Assembly (NCBI RefSeq): GCF_000142905.1
Contig: NW_013657620.1
Span: 124,001 to 188,000, forward strand
DNA length: 64,000 bases
Direction: 5' to 3'
Origin: Thecamonas trahens ATCC 50062
Lineage: Eukaryota; Protista; Apusomonadida
Shown here piece after piece: positions 39,011-48,448 of the stretch (positions within the stretch are counted from its first letter, which is position 1; each line of letters begins with the position of its first letter). Made by a program: the position numbers and the translations under genes. Below the pieces are notes generated by a model. It saw only the letters and a program-made list of their open reading frames with translations. It had not been told where the DNA came from and searched no databases.

Positions 39011-40511
39011 TTAGCCGCGCTTGGTTGAGGCGACCGATGGGCGACGCGAGACAGAGCCGCGGCGACCGGGCATGGTGCGGAGGGCGCGGGCGCCGGGCGC
39101 AACCGAATGGCGACGGCCCTGGGAGCGCATGCCCGGCGGGAGAGCCGATGGGGCCGTCGGCTTGGGCGCGCGCTCTTCCTCGGCGGCAGCACTGTCCTCC
39201 TCCTCATCACGGACGACGGCGACGCCATCGAGGCGCTTAAGGCGCGGCAGGCGCTCCAGAGCCATGGCGCGATAGTCGGCTCCGTCCTCGGTCAGCTTGG
39301 CCTCGAGCGGGTTGCCGAGGAATTCCAGATCCTCCAGCTCGGGAAGCTCGATGAGGTACTCAAACTGCGACCAGTCCTTGACCTTGTTGTAGCGGATGTA
39401 CAGCTGCTTGATCTTCTTGCACAGCCGGATGCCCACCAGCCGCTCGATCGAGTTGTACGAGATCCACAGATTCTGCAGCGTGCCTGAAATCGGCTCGAGA
39501 TTCTCCAGTTTCTTGATGTTGTTCCGCGAGAGCGAGAGCGTCACAATGTTGTGCAAGCCGGACAAGTGCGAGATCTTCTCGATCGCGTTGGTCGACAGCG
39601 CCAGATGCTTGACCGCCGTCAGCGTCGACAGGTTCGAGTCCATCGCACGAATAGGTGGCAGCTGCATGTACAGCTTGACCACCTCGGCGTCCGACGCCGA
39701 CACCCCATGCTTCTTCTCCTACTCACGCCAACTCGCGGTTAGTCGTCGTTCACACCCTCGCAGCCTCCCACCCCCGCCCCCTGCCCACCCCCACACCATC
39801 ACGTACCCACAGCATGATCGCCTGCTTGATTGTGGTATACTGCTTGCGCGACGATGCCTGTTACCCCACACGCGCAGCCCCCAAGGAGAGCGAGTACCGC
39901 CACCACGACCAGGTCCACAACCCAGACAAAGACCACGACGCCGCCAGAGCCACCAAACACCACACCAAGCACCACCCACCAACAGTCATGTGAGTACCAC
40001 CTACCGTCCCCTCCCTCCCCCCCTGACCACTGCTTCCCCTTCCCCTCCCCCTTCCACGCCTTGGCGCCCAACGGCTGTCACCAAANNNNNNNNNNNNNNN
40101 NNNNNNNNNNNNNNNNNNNNNNNNNNNNNNNNNNNNNNNNNNNNNNNNNNNNNNNNNNNNNNNNNNNNNNNNNNNNNNNNNNNNNNNNNNNNNNNNNNNN
40201 NNNNNNNNNNNNNNNNNNNNNNNNNNNNNNNNNNNNNNNNNNNNNNNNNNNNNNNNNNNNNNNNNNNNNNNNNNNNNNNNNNNNNNNNNNNNNNNNNNNN
40301 NNNNNNNNNNNNNNNNNNNNNNNNNNNNNNNNNNNNNNNNNNNNNNNNNNNNNNNNNNNNNNNNNNNNNNNNNNNNNNNNNNNNNNNNNNNNNNNNNNNN
40401 NNNNNNNNNNNNNNNNNNNNNNNNNNNNNNNNNNNNNNNNNNNNNNNNNNNNNNNNNNNNNACCCCCCCCACACACACTCTCTCTATCCCTCTCACTACT
40501 ATCCGTACCAT
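39011..40511 (-). CDS. DNAL1: Outer-arm dynein light chain 1 (LC1, LRR protein); exons 40511-40509 (ATG only), 39857-39807, 39718-39011
   Basis: Spliced product M-ASSRKQYTTIKQAIMLW-EKKHGVSASDAEVVKLYMQLPPIRAMDSNLSTL...HLALSTNAIEKI...LWISYNSIERL...LPRLKRLDG. gccATG|GTACGG donor; intron 39806-39719 has GTACGT, GACTAAC and TAG. Confidence 0.92.
39719..39806 (-). other. Spliceosomal intron (88 nt) of DNAL1
   Basis: TGG|GTACGT donor, GACTAAC branch site (39744-39738), TAG|GAG acceptor, phase 0. Confidence 0.92.
40086..40461. other. Assembly gap, within predicted DNAL1 intron 1 (39858-40508)
   Basis: N run in the sequence. Confidence 1.
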
Positions 40512-41068
40512 GGCTGCTATTCGCAACTCGGTCGAGTGCGGTGGCAATGGCCAGGCCAAGGCTGGGCTCGTCGGTCAAGTCCACCACCTGCTCTCCTGCC
40601 CATGTCGCCAAACGCAAATCGTCCTCTCGTTCCCTCCGCTCTCCCTCCGTTCACCCGCTCCTCCCGGTTTGCCCAGTTTGCTCGCTCCCCCCCCCCCCCC
40701 CCCCCCCTTCCCGTTTGCCCCTGGCTATTCGCTCGCTCGTTCGACTGCTTCTGCTTGACGACGGAGAGGCATTTTGATCGAGCTGTACACTAAAACTAGC
40801 CTCGGCTTGTACTTTCCAGATGATCCCCACCACATACGCTTGTGCGGATCAATCAAAGGGTTGATGGTACCCCCCCTCGTGACATGGATGCCCCATCGCT
40901 TATCGGTTGGCTGGTTGTGGTATGGCTGTGCTGTTAGGAAATCATTGTCAGACAAAATATTTTTCGGCTGGCCTCTCCCCCACGCATGCGTCTCGTGGGC
41001 TCAGCTCATTGGTGGGACAGCCAAGTCTCTGGGCGAGTCGCACTCGACTCGTATATCTGTAAGCAAAC

Positions 41069-42256
41069 ATGACGCCTCGATACGATGGTGAGAACATTCT
41101 CGCTGTCATCATGAGGCGCGAGGGCTCGGTCTTTTTCAAGCGCAACGTGCTGGGCGTATCGGCCGTGGCCACCATGGTGGCGCTTGCCACTTGCGCCATT
41201 GTCCTGCCACTCGAAGGCGTGTCTGACAGCGAGGACGACGCCGTCATCCGCCCGGAGCTCCACGCCATGGTCGGTTTTGGCCTCACCTTCCTGCTCTCGT
41301 TCCGGGCCTCGATCGCGTATGGACGGTACTTTGAAGGCCTCACGGCGTTGACAAGCATGCGGTCTGCAGTGACCAATGGCATCTCCATGACACTCGGCGC
41401 CATGCCCAACACGCCACAGCGGCGCGACGTCATTCTCCTCTTCCGCATCCTCTACCAGTCGATGTCCAACGTGCTGCAGGGTACATGCGGCCTCGACTAC
41501 CTCGCGCCCGATCTCATCGAGCCGGCCACCTCTTTTGGCCTCACCGTGGTCCCGCCGACCGAGTGGCCGTCGGTCGTCTCGTCGCTCCTCAACCAGCGGC
41601 TGCTGATCCAAGACATGGCCGCGCCGTCGCAGGAGGACGTCAAGCGCCTCAACTTTTTCCGCCACACCTCGAGGCTCTATGACGCCGCCTCCACCGCCAT
41701 CGACGCCTTCCACTCAGGAACCCGGGTCTCGGCCACCCAGATGCCTTTCCCTTTCGTTCAGACGCTTTACGTCATCCTGATTGTTTTCCTTTTGACGCTG
41801 CCGCTTACTCTTGTCCGGTCGCTTGGCTGGCTCACCCCGGTTGCTCTCCTTCTCATCTCAGTTGCCTTTTCCTCGATTGACGCCATCGCCGCAGAGCTCG
41901 ACGAGCCGTTTGGGACGGACGCCAACGATCTCGATCTCGATTTGGTCGAGCACGAGTTCCACACCACCATCGCCACCATGGTCGCCACTATCGAGGGTGT
42001 TGAGGACCAGTTGGCCGCAAACTACCGTGCCAACCTGCCGAACTTCGCGCTCAGCGGCGATGCCTTGACTGGCAAGGCGAACCAGGCTGGAGCCACCCAT
42101 GCTGCTGCTGCCGACGCCAAGCCAGCGCCACCAACCACGCCCATGACACCGCATCGTGACCCGCTCTCGGAGTTTACTGATGACGGATCCATGTACGAAG
42201 AGTACGACGATTTCGCCTCGGTCTCCACTGGCGCCCACAACGACTCCCACGTTTAG
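41069..42256 (+). CDS. Bestrophin-family anion channel (YneE/VCCN-type), copy 1
   Basis: LTFLLSFRASIAYGRYFEG, QMPFPFVQ, IDAIAAELDEPFGTDANDLDL; four hydrophobic segments. Confidence 0.9.
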   Translation: MTPRYDGENILAVIMRREGSVFFKRNVLGVSAVATMVALATCAIVLPLEGVSDSEDDAVIRPELHAMVGFGLTFLLSFRASIAYGRYFEGLTALTSMRSAVTNGISMTLGAMPNTPQRRDVILLFRILYQSMSNVLQGTCGLDYLAPDLIEPATSFGLTVVPPTEWPSVVSSLLNQRLLIQDMAAPSQEDVKRLNFFRHTSRLYDAASTAIDAFHSGTRVSATQMPFPFVQTLYVILIVFLLTLPLTLVRSLGWLTPVALLLISVAFSSIDAIAAELDEPFGTDANDLDLDLVEHEFHTTIATMVATIEGVEDQLAANYRANLPNFALSGDALTGKANQAGATHAAAADAKPAPPTTPMTPHRDPLSEFTDDGSMYEEYDDFASVSTGAHNDSHV

Positions 42257-42546
42257 TGGCGCCATCGGCCTCCCGCACTTGTCCTATGATGCTCTGGCCC
42301 GCCAACATTGCTCCATCTTGCGCCAACTCCAACCCGCACCAAGCCGCGCCACAACCAGCTCCGTGCTGCTACGTGGCAAACCGGCACCCACGTGGGTTCG
42401 CGCCTTTTGAGCGATGTTTGCACACGGCCTGCAAGGACGAAGCTTCCTGTCCACGCGGGTACGCTGAATGAGCCACACTTCACCCGCACATACCTCCCGT
42501 CCACCCCTCTCGTACATATTCAACCTTACACATACACAACATGCAC

Positions 42547-43779
42547 ATGATTCCGTTGTACAACGCCAAGAGCATCCCCTCGGTTATTTTTCGCCGCAAA
42601 GGCTCAGTCTTTTTCTCGTCACGCGTCTTGGGCGTCACGGCGGTCTCCACACTCGTCGCCATCGCCACCTGCCTGGCAGTCCTTAACACGGCTGGCGCCA
42701 GTTCGGACGATGAGCAAGCGCTCATCCGACCCGAGCTGCATGCCCTTGTCGGCTTTGGCCTCACCTTCTTGCTCTCCTTCCGGGCCTCGATTGCCTACGG
42801 ATGCTACTTTGAGGGCCTCACCGCGGCGACGGCAATGCGAGCGGCGGTGACCAACGGCGTGGGCATGGCACTCGGCTCGTTGCCAGACACCGCCCAGCGC
42901 AGCGACATTGTGGTGCTCTTCCGCATCCTCCATCAGTCGATGTGCAACGTGCTGCGTGGCGTCACCGGGCTGGACTACCTCGCCCGCGATCTTGTCCAAC
43001 CGGCGGTCGACTTTGGCCTCGCCGCCGCGGCGCCCCAGACCTGGCCAGCAGCCGCAGCGGCGCTCATCAAGCAGCGGCTTCTCATCCGCGACTTGGACGC
43101 ACCAACCGATGCCGACTTGAAGCGCATCAACTTCTACCGCAACGTCTCGCGGCTGTACGACGCAGTCGGCACGGCGATGGAGGCGTACCTTGCCGCTTCG
43201 CGGGTCTCTTCCACCCAGATGCCGTTCCCGTTCGTCCAAGCGCTCTACGTCATTCTCGTAGTCTTTCTCGTCACCCTTCCGCTCACCATTGTCCGCGCCC
43301 TCGGTTGGCTCACACCTGTTGCCCTCTTTATGATCTCGGCGGCGTTTGCGTCCATCGATGCCATCGCCGCCGAGCTCGACGAGCCTTTTGGCGACGAGGC
43401 CAACAACCTCGATCTCGGCCGCTCCGAGGCCGCCCTTACCGACGACATCACAACCATGACTCTCGCCGTCAAGTCGGTCGAGTCGACGCTGTACACGCGG
43501 CTCAAAACGCAGTCCAAGCCACTCACACCCACACCTGCTCCTTTGCCAGCAGACCTTGTCGTGCCCATGCCGACGATCTCTTGCCCAGACGCCAGCTCCG
43601 GCGGCGATGAGAGCCATCTTCCCGTCACGCCCATCACGCCGCACGAGTTGACCTCCCAGCCGATGCACTCGGACTCGTATGCCCCGCGCGGTCTGACGTC
43701 TTCGCTCTCTGACGTACAAACTTCGGTCTCGTCATCATCCTTCTCCTCCTCCGGCCTCGGCACCATCCTCGAGGTCTGA
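42547..43779 (+). CDS. Bestrophin-family anion channel (YneE/VCCN-type), copy 2 (tandem paralogue)
   Basis: Same motifs (LLSFRASIAYGCYFEG, QMPFPFVQ, ELDEPFGDEANNLDL), colinear with copy 1. ATG at 42541 or 42547. Confidence 0.9.
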   Translation: MIPLYNAKSIPSVIFRRKGSVFFSSRVLGVTAVSTLVAIATCLAVLNTAGASSDDEQALIRPELHALVGFGLTFLLSFRASIAYGCYFEGLTAATAMRAAVTNGVGMALGSLPDTAQRSDIVVLFRILHQSMCNVLRGVTGLDYLARDLVQPAVDFGLAAAAPQTWPAAAAALIKQRLLIRDLDAPTDADLKRINFYRNVSRLYDAVGTAMEAYLAASRVSSTQMPFPFVQALYVILVVFLVTLPLTIVRALGWLTPVALFMISAAFASIDAIAAELDEPFGDEANNLDLGRSEAALTDDITTMTLAVKSVESTLYTRLKTQSKPLTPTPAPLPADLVVPMPTISCPDASSGGDESHLPVTPITPHELTSQPMHSDSYAPRGLTSSLSDVQTSVSSSSFSSSGLGTILEV

Positions 43780-44134
43780 CTGCCGTCATCAGTCCGCTGG
43801 CTCTGTCTACGGCCTTTTCCTGCACATACCCACGCTATCCACTTGCGGATGCGACAGGGATCAAAGCTGTTGACAGGGACCTTGCCAGCCTGGATTAACC
43901 CTTGACGGTACGGTCGTTCGGACGCGTTGTACGCATTGTCGCGCGTCCGAACGAGTGAACAACGCGATGATGCTCGGCTTCCAGGTCACCGGCCGACGCT
44001 GCGTGACGCTTGCTTGGCCTGCGGCTTGAGGTGGGAGGCGCGCCCGTACGTGATGGCGGCCGAGACGTAGATGCCCGCCTGACGCGAGCCCACGCTTCGC
44101 CATGACTCGCGTGGCTTTTCTGCGACATCATCGA

Positions 44135-44202
44135 CGCCCTCGCCGCCAGTGCCGACGCCGTCAGCTCGCGCCCTCGCCGCCAGCGCCGACGCCATCAGCT
44201 CC
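44135..44202 (+). repeat. Imperfect 34-bp tandem duplication in a coding-like intergenic fragment
   Basis: CGCCCTCGCCGCCAGTGCCGACGCCGTCAGCTCG / CGCCCTCGCCGCCAGCGCCGACGCCATCAGCTCC. Confidence 0.85.
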
Positions 44203-44660
44203 GCGCCGTCACGCAAGCGGAAGCGTCCCTCTGCAGCGGCAGCTCGTCTTCACCACTTTCCCCAGCGAGCCGCTCTGCGATGCGACTGCCTCGCCTGCCG
44301 GAAGCTTCATGGGAAGCGATCGCGGCCGCGGACCTTTCGCGCCGCGCACGGCGTCCATCTCTGCATCGCCGACTGTTTTCTGTTGTGGCCCACATGTGGC
44401 CACAGCAGCCATCAACACACTGTACTATTCTCACCCCGCGATTGATGGGCGTTGCGACGTCTGTGGAGCGTCGCGGAGCGCGGCTTGCGCGATGGACACG
44501 TTTGTCCATTCCGCACCGTAAAGGATTAGACGTCATCCGAGCATGGTGCGGTGGAGTCAGCGGCCGGCAGCGGGGAGGGAGGGGGGGGAGGGAGGGGGGA
44601 GGAGGGGGGGGGGGCGGCGGTCGGGAGGCCACTCCTCCCTCAACCCGTCGTACATTACAT

Positions 44661-47600
44661 ATGAGTCAGACCCATACACCCACAAGAGGGGGAGGTGGTC
44701 GTGGCGGTGGTCGTGGTGGTGGTCGTGGTGGTGGTCGTGGTGGTGGTCGTGGAGGTCGTGGAGGAGGAGGAGGAGAAGGAGGCCGTGGGGGTCGTGGCAG
44801 AGGTCGTGGCGGTGGAAGCTCCAAGGGCAAGGGCAAGGGCAAAGGCAAGGGTAATGGCAGAGGCAAGGGCAGAGGCAAGGGCAGGGGCAAGGGCAGGGGC
44901 GATCGGGGTGGTGGTCGTGGTGGTGGTCATGGTCATAGTGGCGGTGGCGGCAAGTCGGCATCGGGCAAGTCGGCATCGGGCAAGTCGGCGTCAGGCAAGG
45001 GATCAGGCAAGGGATCAGGCAAGTCGGCGTCGGGCAAGGGATCAGGCAAGCAGGGCAGTGGTCAGGGGCGGCGTCATCGGCCAAAGAAGCTGAATGCCAA
45101 GGCACAGGCCGAGGCGCTGGCTCGGGCACAGGAGGATGCAGAGGCCCGCAGGGCAGAAGAGGCGGCACGGGCGGCAGCGGCCGAGGCCGAGGCTGCTCGA
45201 GCGGCCGAGGCGGCACGGGTGGCAAAACAAAATGCCGACCGTGAGTGGGTGGCGTGGCGTCGGGAGCTGTATGCTGCAAACTCGGCGCCGGTTGACCCCG
45301 AGGCGGCAGCAGCGGCCAAGACCGGCAAGAAGAAGGGCGCGGCGTCGGTGAAAGGCAACACGTCGTTTATCAAGAAGCTCCGGGCGTTCAACCTCGCCCA
45401 GCGCGACTCGCTCCTTGCCGACATTGACAAGCTCAACATGTCCAAGTTTGTGGAGGAGATCGCGCCGGTCTTCCGCGACATTCCGCTGGCATCACGGCCG
45501 GCACACCGGCTCGCGCTCGAGATCGCCACTGAGCTGCACAAGCGGTACTCGCCCAAGTTTGCCAGCTTGCTCGCGGACGCGCTCGTAACGGCTCCACAGG
45601 CTGGCAGCGCAGCGGGAACGTCGGGTGAGCCACCGGCGCGCAGCGTGGGCGAGACGCTCACCCTCCTCGCGTATCTCTTCACCGCCGGGATTGTGCCCAA
45701 GCTCACGCCGGTCCTCAACGGGCTCAAGGTGATCATGGCCGCCGACTGCTCGACGTCGCGCAAGTCGGGGTCTGGCGAGCCAAGCTTTGAGCATGCTGAG
45801 GTGCTCGCCAAGTTTGCCGAGACGTTTGGTGACGAGCTCATGGGCGTGGTACCAACCTCGCCACCGCGTGACGACTTTGTCCCGCTCTTTTCCGGCAGCA
45901 GAGCGGTGGCAAGCTACCTGCTTCCGGCCGACGAGCAAGGCGTGCTCCTCAAGATGTTCACCATCTACCACGGGCGGGCGGCAAAGCACCTTGTTCAGCT
46001 CCACGAGGCGCACCTGGCGGCAGGCACCGGCAGCGCGCCGCCGGCGCTCTACCCGCGGCTCTCGGCAGCGCTCTCGACCCTCTGTCGCTGGCTTAATTTG
46101 GCGTTTCCAGAGCTCCGGCCGCGCGAGGCACCGTCTGTCCGTGCCTCGACCTCGTTCGAGTACGTGCAGACAACCGGGCGGCGACGGGATCTCAACCGCG
46201 GAGACTACGTCGTCTTTCGCGATGAGGACTCACGCGAGTTCTACCAGTCGCTCCGCGACTTGCGCGCCGAGCTGCCAGCAGTTGTCTTTGGCGCTCCGTC
46301 GTCGCTCTTTGACGACGACTTTCCCCTTGAGACGTCGCCGGCGGCGGTGGCGGCGTCTGCGCCTGCGCTGCTGCAGGCCGCCGCGCCAAGCACGGCGTCC
46401 GAGTTTGAGCGGTTTCTCGTCTCGCTGGCCCACCCGCCGTCGACCCGTGACAAGCTCGACGCGCTCGCGCTCGGCTTCTGCAACCTTGCGGCGGCGTCGC
46501 GTGTCAAGCGTGCCGCGTTTGTGACCCACGTCTTTGGCCTGCCCAAAGCCGAGCACGAGCTCCGTCTTTATGCTCGCATCGTGGCGCTAGTCTCGGGCGC
46601 ATGCTCGGACGTCGGCGCCTACCTCTGGCTCCTCCTCCGCAGCTCGATCGCCGAGGCGCTACAGGCACGGCTCTCGGCCGACAACCGCGATTTGTTTGCG
46701 CAGGCCCTGAGCAATGCACACTTTGCGGCACATCTGGCGCTGTTTGGCGTCATCGCTCCCACCGAGCTCCTCGCACTTGTCGAACTGGCCATGGCGTCGT
46801 TCGTCCCGCTCGGCGTCGAGGTCTGTGTTGCAGTAGTCGCGGGCGCCGGACGGCTGTTGTACGCGTCACCCGAGACGCAAGAAGCAACCGGCAGCGCCCT
46901 TGTCAAGATGCGGCGACTGGCGGGCATCGAACGGGTCTCCGAGTCTGCGGCGTCACGTGTCGAGGCCGCGTACTACTGCGTCCACCCGCCCGACTCGGCC
47001 ATTCTCCTCAACGAGCGCGCGAGCCTACCGCCGGCCCACGCCTTTTTCGAGCATGTCATGCTCATGGTCCTCGCGCCCGAGACACTCGACGAAGTCGAGT
47101 CCCTCTTTCCGCTCTTTCCCTGGGGCGATGCCGACGACTTTTACCCTTACGCAGTCCGTGTCCTCTCGTCGGTGTGGCGGTTCCGTCACGCGGCGCTACC
47201 GGACCTCGCCGACCTGCTCTCGGCGCTAGTCTCCTCGCACGAAGCAGTCGTTGTGGACGTTATCGACGAGGTCCTCGCCATGGCTGTCGAGGCGCTCGAG
47301 ACACCCTCGGCAGCCACGCACTTACAGCGGCTCTCGGCGCTGTACGCCTTTGTGGGACACTTGTTCAACTACGAACTCATTCCGACCTCGGCGCTATTTG
47401 ACGTGCTGTATGCGCTGGTCACCTCGGGCCCGGGCGCGGTTGATCCGTACGACACTTCACGGGTCCGGCTTGTTGTCACTCTCCTCTCGGTCACCGGAGA
47501 GTACCTGGAGGCCGGGACCGACGGCGGGGCGCGGCTCGACGACTTTGCGCTGGTCTTCAAGCGGTTTGTGCTCACTCGTGCGCCGCTCTCGCTCGATCTC

Positions 47601-48443
47601 GAGCACGCGCTGCTAGAGCTGTTCGAGTGGCTCGGCATCGGATGGTCGCGCGAGCCAGCGGCGCTGGCCAGCCTCGCTGCCGACATTGATGCGCTCAGGC
47701 TCCGCCTCGCTCACTCGGGCCCGCTCTTTCGCCCACTTGCCCTCGACCCTGCGGTGCTCGAGGCCGAAGCCGCTGTCGAGGCCGAAATCGGCGACGGAGG
47801 CGAAGACGTTGGTGCCGCCTGGGTTTCTGACGAAGACGACGGCGAGTACGAATCGGACGACGACGACGAGGACGGAGACGACGACGAGGAAGATGACGAC
47901 GACGAGGAAGAAGACGACGACGACGAGGACGAAGACGAAGATGACGACGAGGACGACGACGACGAGGAAGAGTACATCGACTTTACCGCGCTCATGCAGA
48001 GCTCGCTGATGCGCAACGAACGTACAGCCGACGACGACCTCTTTGACGCGCAGTTCGAGATGATGATGGAGGAAGAGATGGTGCGGACGGTGGGCGCTAA
48101 GACAAGCGGGAGTGGCGGCGGGGTGGTGTCCGGCTGGCGGACGCCTGTGGGCACGCCCACGTACAGTGGGAGCCCACGCGGTGGCAGTCGGGAGGCATTC
48201 CCCGCGCTCCCGAGTCGCGGGGCCATCGGCGGCGGCGACAGCAGCGGCAGTGGCAGCGGCAGCGGGCCCGACCGCGAGACGGTGACGAGCTTCCGGATCA
48301 TGACGGGGGCAGGCGACGTTGGCACGGTCGAGCTGCCGGCCAATTCTGCGCTGCTGACCGAGCGCGAGCAAGCGGCGCGCGAGTCACGTGAGGAAAAGAC
48401 TCGCCTCAAAGAGTATGTGCTGCAGTACGAGCGGACAGGATGA
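44661..48443 (+). CDS. UPF2: Nonsense-mediated decay factor UPF2 (three MIF4G domains, acidic tract, C-terminal UPF1-binding region) with an RGG/GK-rich N-terminus
   Basis: SVKGNTSFIKKL...LLADIDKLNMSKFVEEI, LHKRY, FRDEDSREFYQSLRDL, EAAYYCVHPP, VGHLFNYELI, DTSRVRLVVTLL, D/E tract, FDAQFEMMMEE, EEKTRLKEYVLQY. ATG at 44661. Confidence 0.88.
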   Translation: MSQTHTPTRGGGGRGGGRGGGRGGGRGGGRGGRGGGGGEGGRGGRGRGRGGGSSKGKGKGKGKGNGRGKGRGKGRGKGRGDRGGGRGGGHGHSGGGGKSASGKSASGKSASGKGSGKGSGKSASGKGSGKQGSGQGRRHRPKKLNAKAQAEALARAQEDAEARRAEEAARAAAAEAEAARAAEAARVAKQNADREWVAWRRELYAANSAPVDPEAAAAAKTGKKKGAASVKGNTSFIKKLRAFNLAQRDSLLADIDKLNMSKFVEEIAPVFRDIPLASRPAHRLALEIATELHKRYSPKFASLLADALVTAPQAGSAAGTSGEPPARSVGETLTLLAYLFTAGIVPKLTPVLNGLKVIMAADCSTSRKSGSGEPSFEHAEVLAKFAETFGDELMGVVPTSPPRDDFVPLFSGSRAVASYLLPADEQGVLLKMFTIYHGRAAKHLVQLHEAHLAAGTGSAPPALYPRLSAALSTLCRWLNLAFPELRPREAPSVRASTSFEYVQTTGRRRDLNRGDYVVFRDEDSREFYQSLRDLRAELPAVVFGAPSSLFDDDFPLETSPAAVAASAPALLQAAAPSTASEFERFLVSLAHPPSTRDKLDALALGFCNLAAASRVKRAAFVTHVFGLPKAEHELRLYARIVALVSGACSDVGAYLWLLLRSSIAEALQARLSADNRDLFAQALSNAHFAAHLALFGVIAPTELLALVELAMASFVPLGVEVCVAVVAGAGRLLYASPETQEATGSALVKMRRLAGIERVSESAASRVEAAYYCVHPPDSAILLNERASLPPAHAFFEHVMLMVLAPETLDEVESLFPLFPWGDADDFYPYAVRVLSSVWRFRHAALPDLADLLSALVSSHEAVVVDVIDEVLAMAVEALETPSAATHLQRLSALYAFVGHLFNYELIPTSALFDVLYALVTSGPGAVDPYDTSRVRLVVTLLSVTGEYLEAGTDGGARLDDFALVFKRFVLTRAPLSLDLEHALLELFEWLGIGWSREPAALASLAADIDALRLRLAHSGPLFRPLALDPAVLEAEAAVEAEIGDGGEDVGAAWVSDEDDGEYESDDDDEDGDDDEEDDDDEEEDDDDEDEDEDDDEDDDDEEEYIDFTALMQSSLMRNERTADDDLFDAQFEMMMEEEMVRTVGAKTSGSGGGVVSGWRTPVGTPTYSGSPRGGSREAFPALPSRGAIGGGDSSGSGSGSGPDRETVTSFRIMTGAGDVGTVELPANSALLTEREQAARESREEKTRLKEYVLQYERTG

Positions 48444-48448
48444 CGTGA

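Noticed and set aside
38804-39228. N-terminal extension of the 810-aa Ssu72 ORF as given in the ORF track
   Set aside because: It reads through the DNAL1 3' end, intergenic DNA and an intron (HTHT from CA repeats). The spliced model is much better supported.
15554-40511. Flagellar gene cluster (AXDND1-like, PKD2, DNAL1)
   Set aside because: The three genes are interspersed with unrelated genes, and this density is compatible with chance in a flagellate genome.
40770-41068. AT-richer segment as a possible ncRNA (also the Sm-site-like AATTTTG near 53791)
   Set aside because: No recognisable tRNA, snRNA or snoRNA boxes or structure; more simply promoter DNA. An Rfam/Infernal search would settle it.
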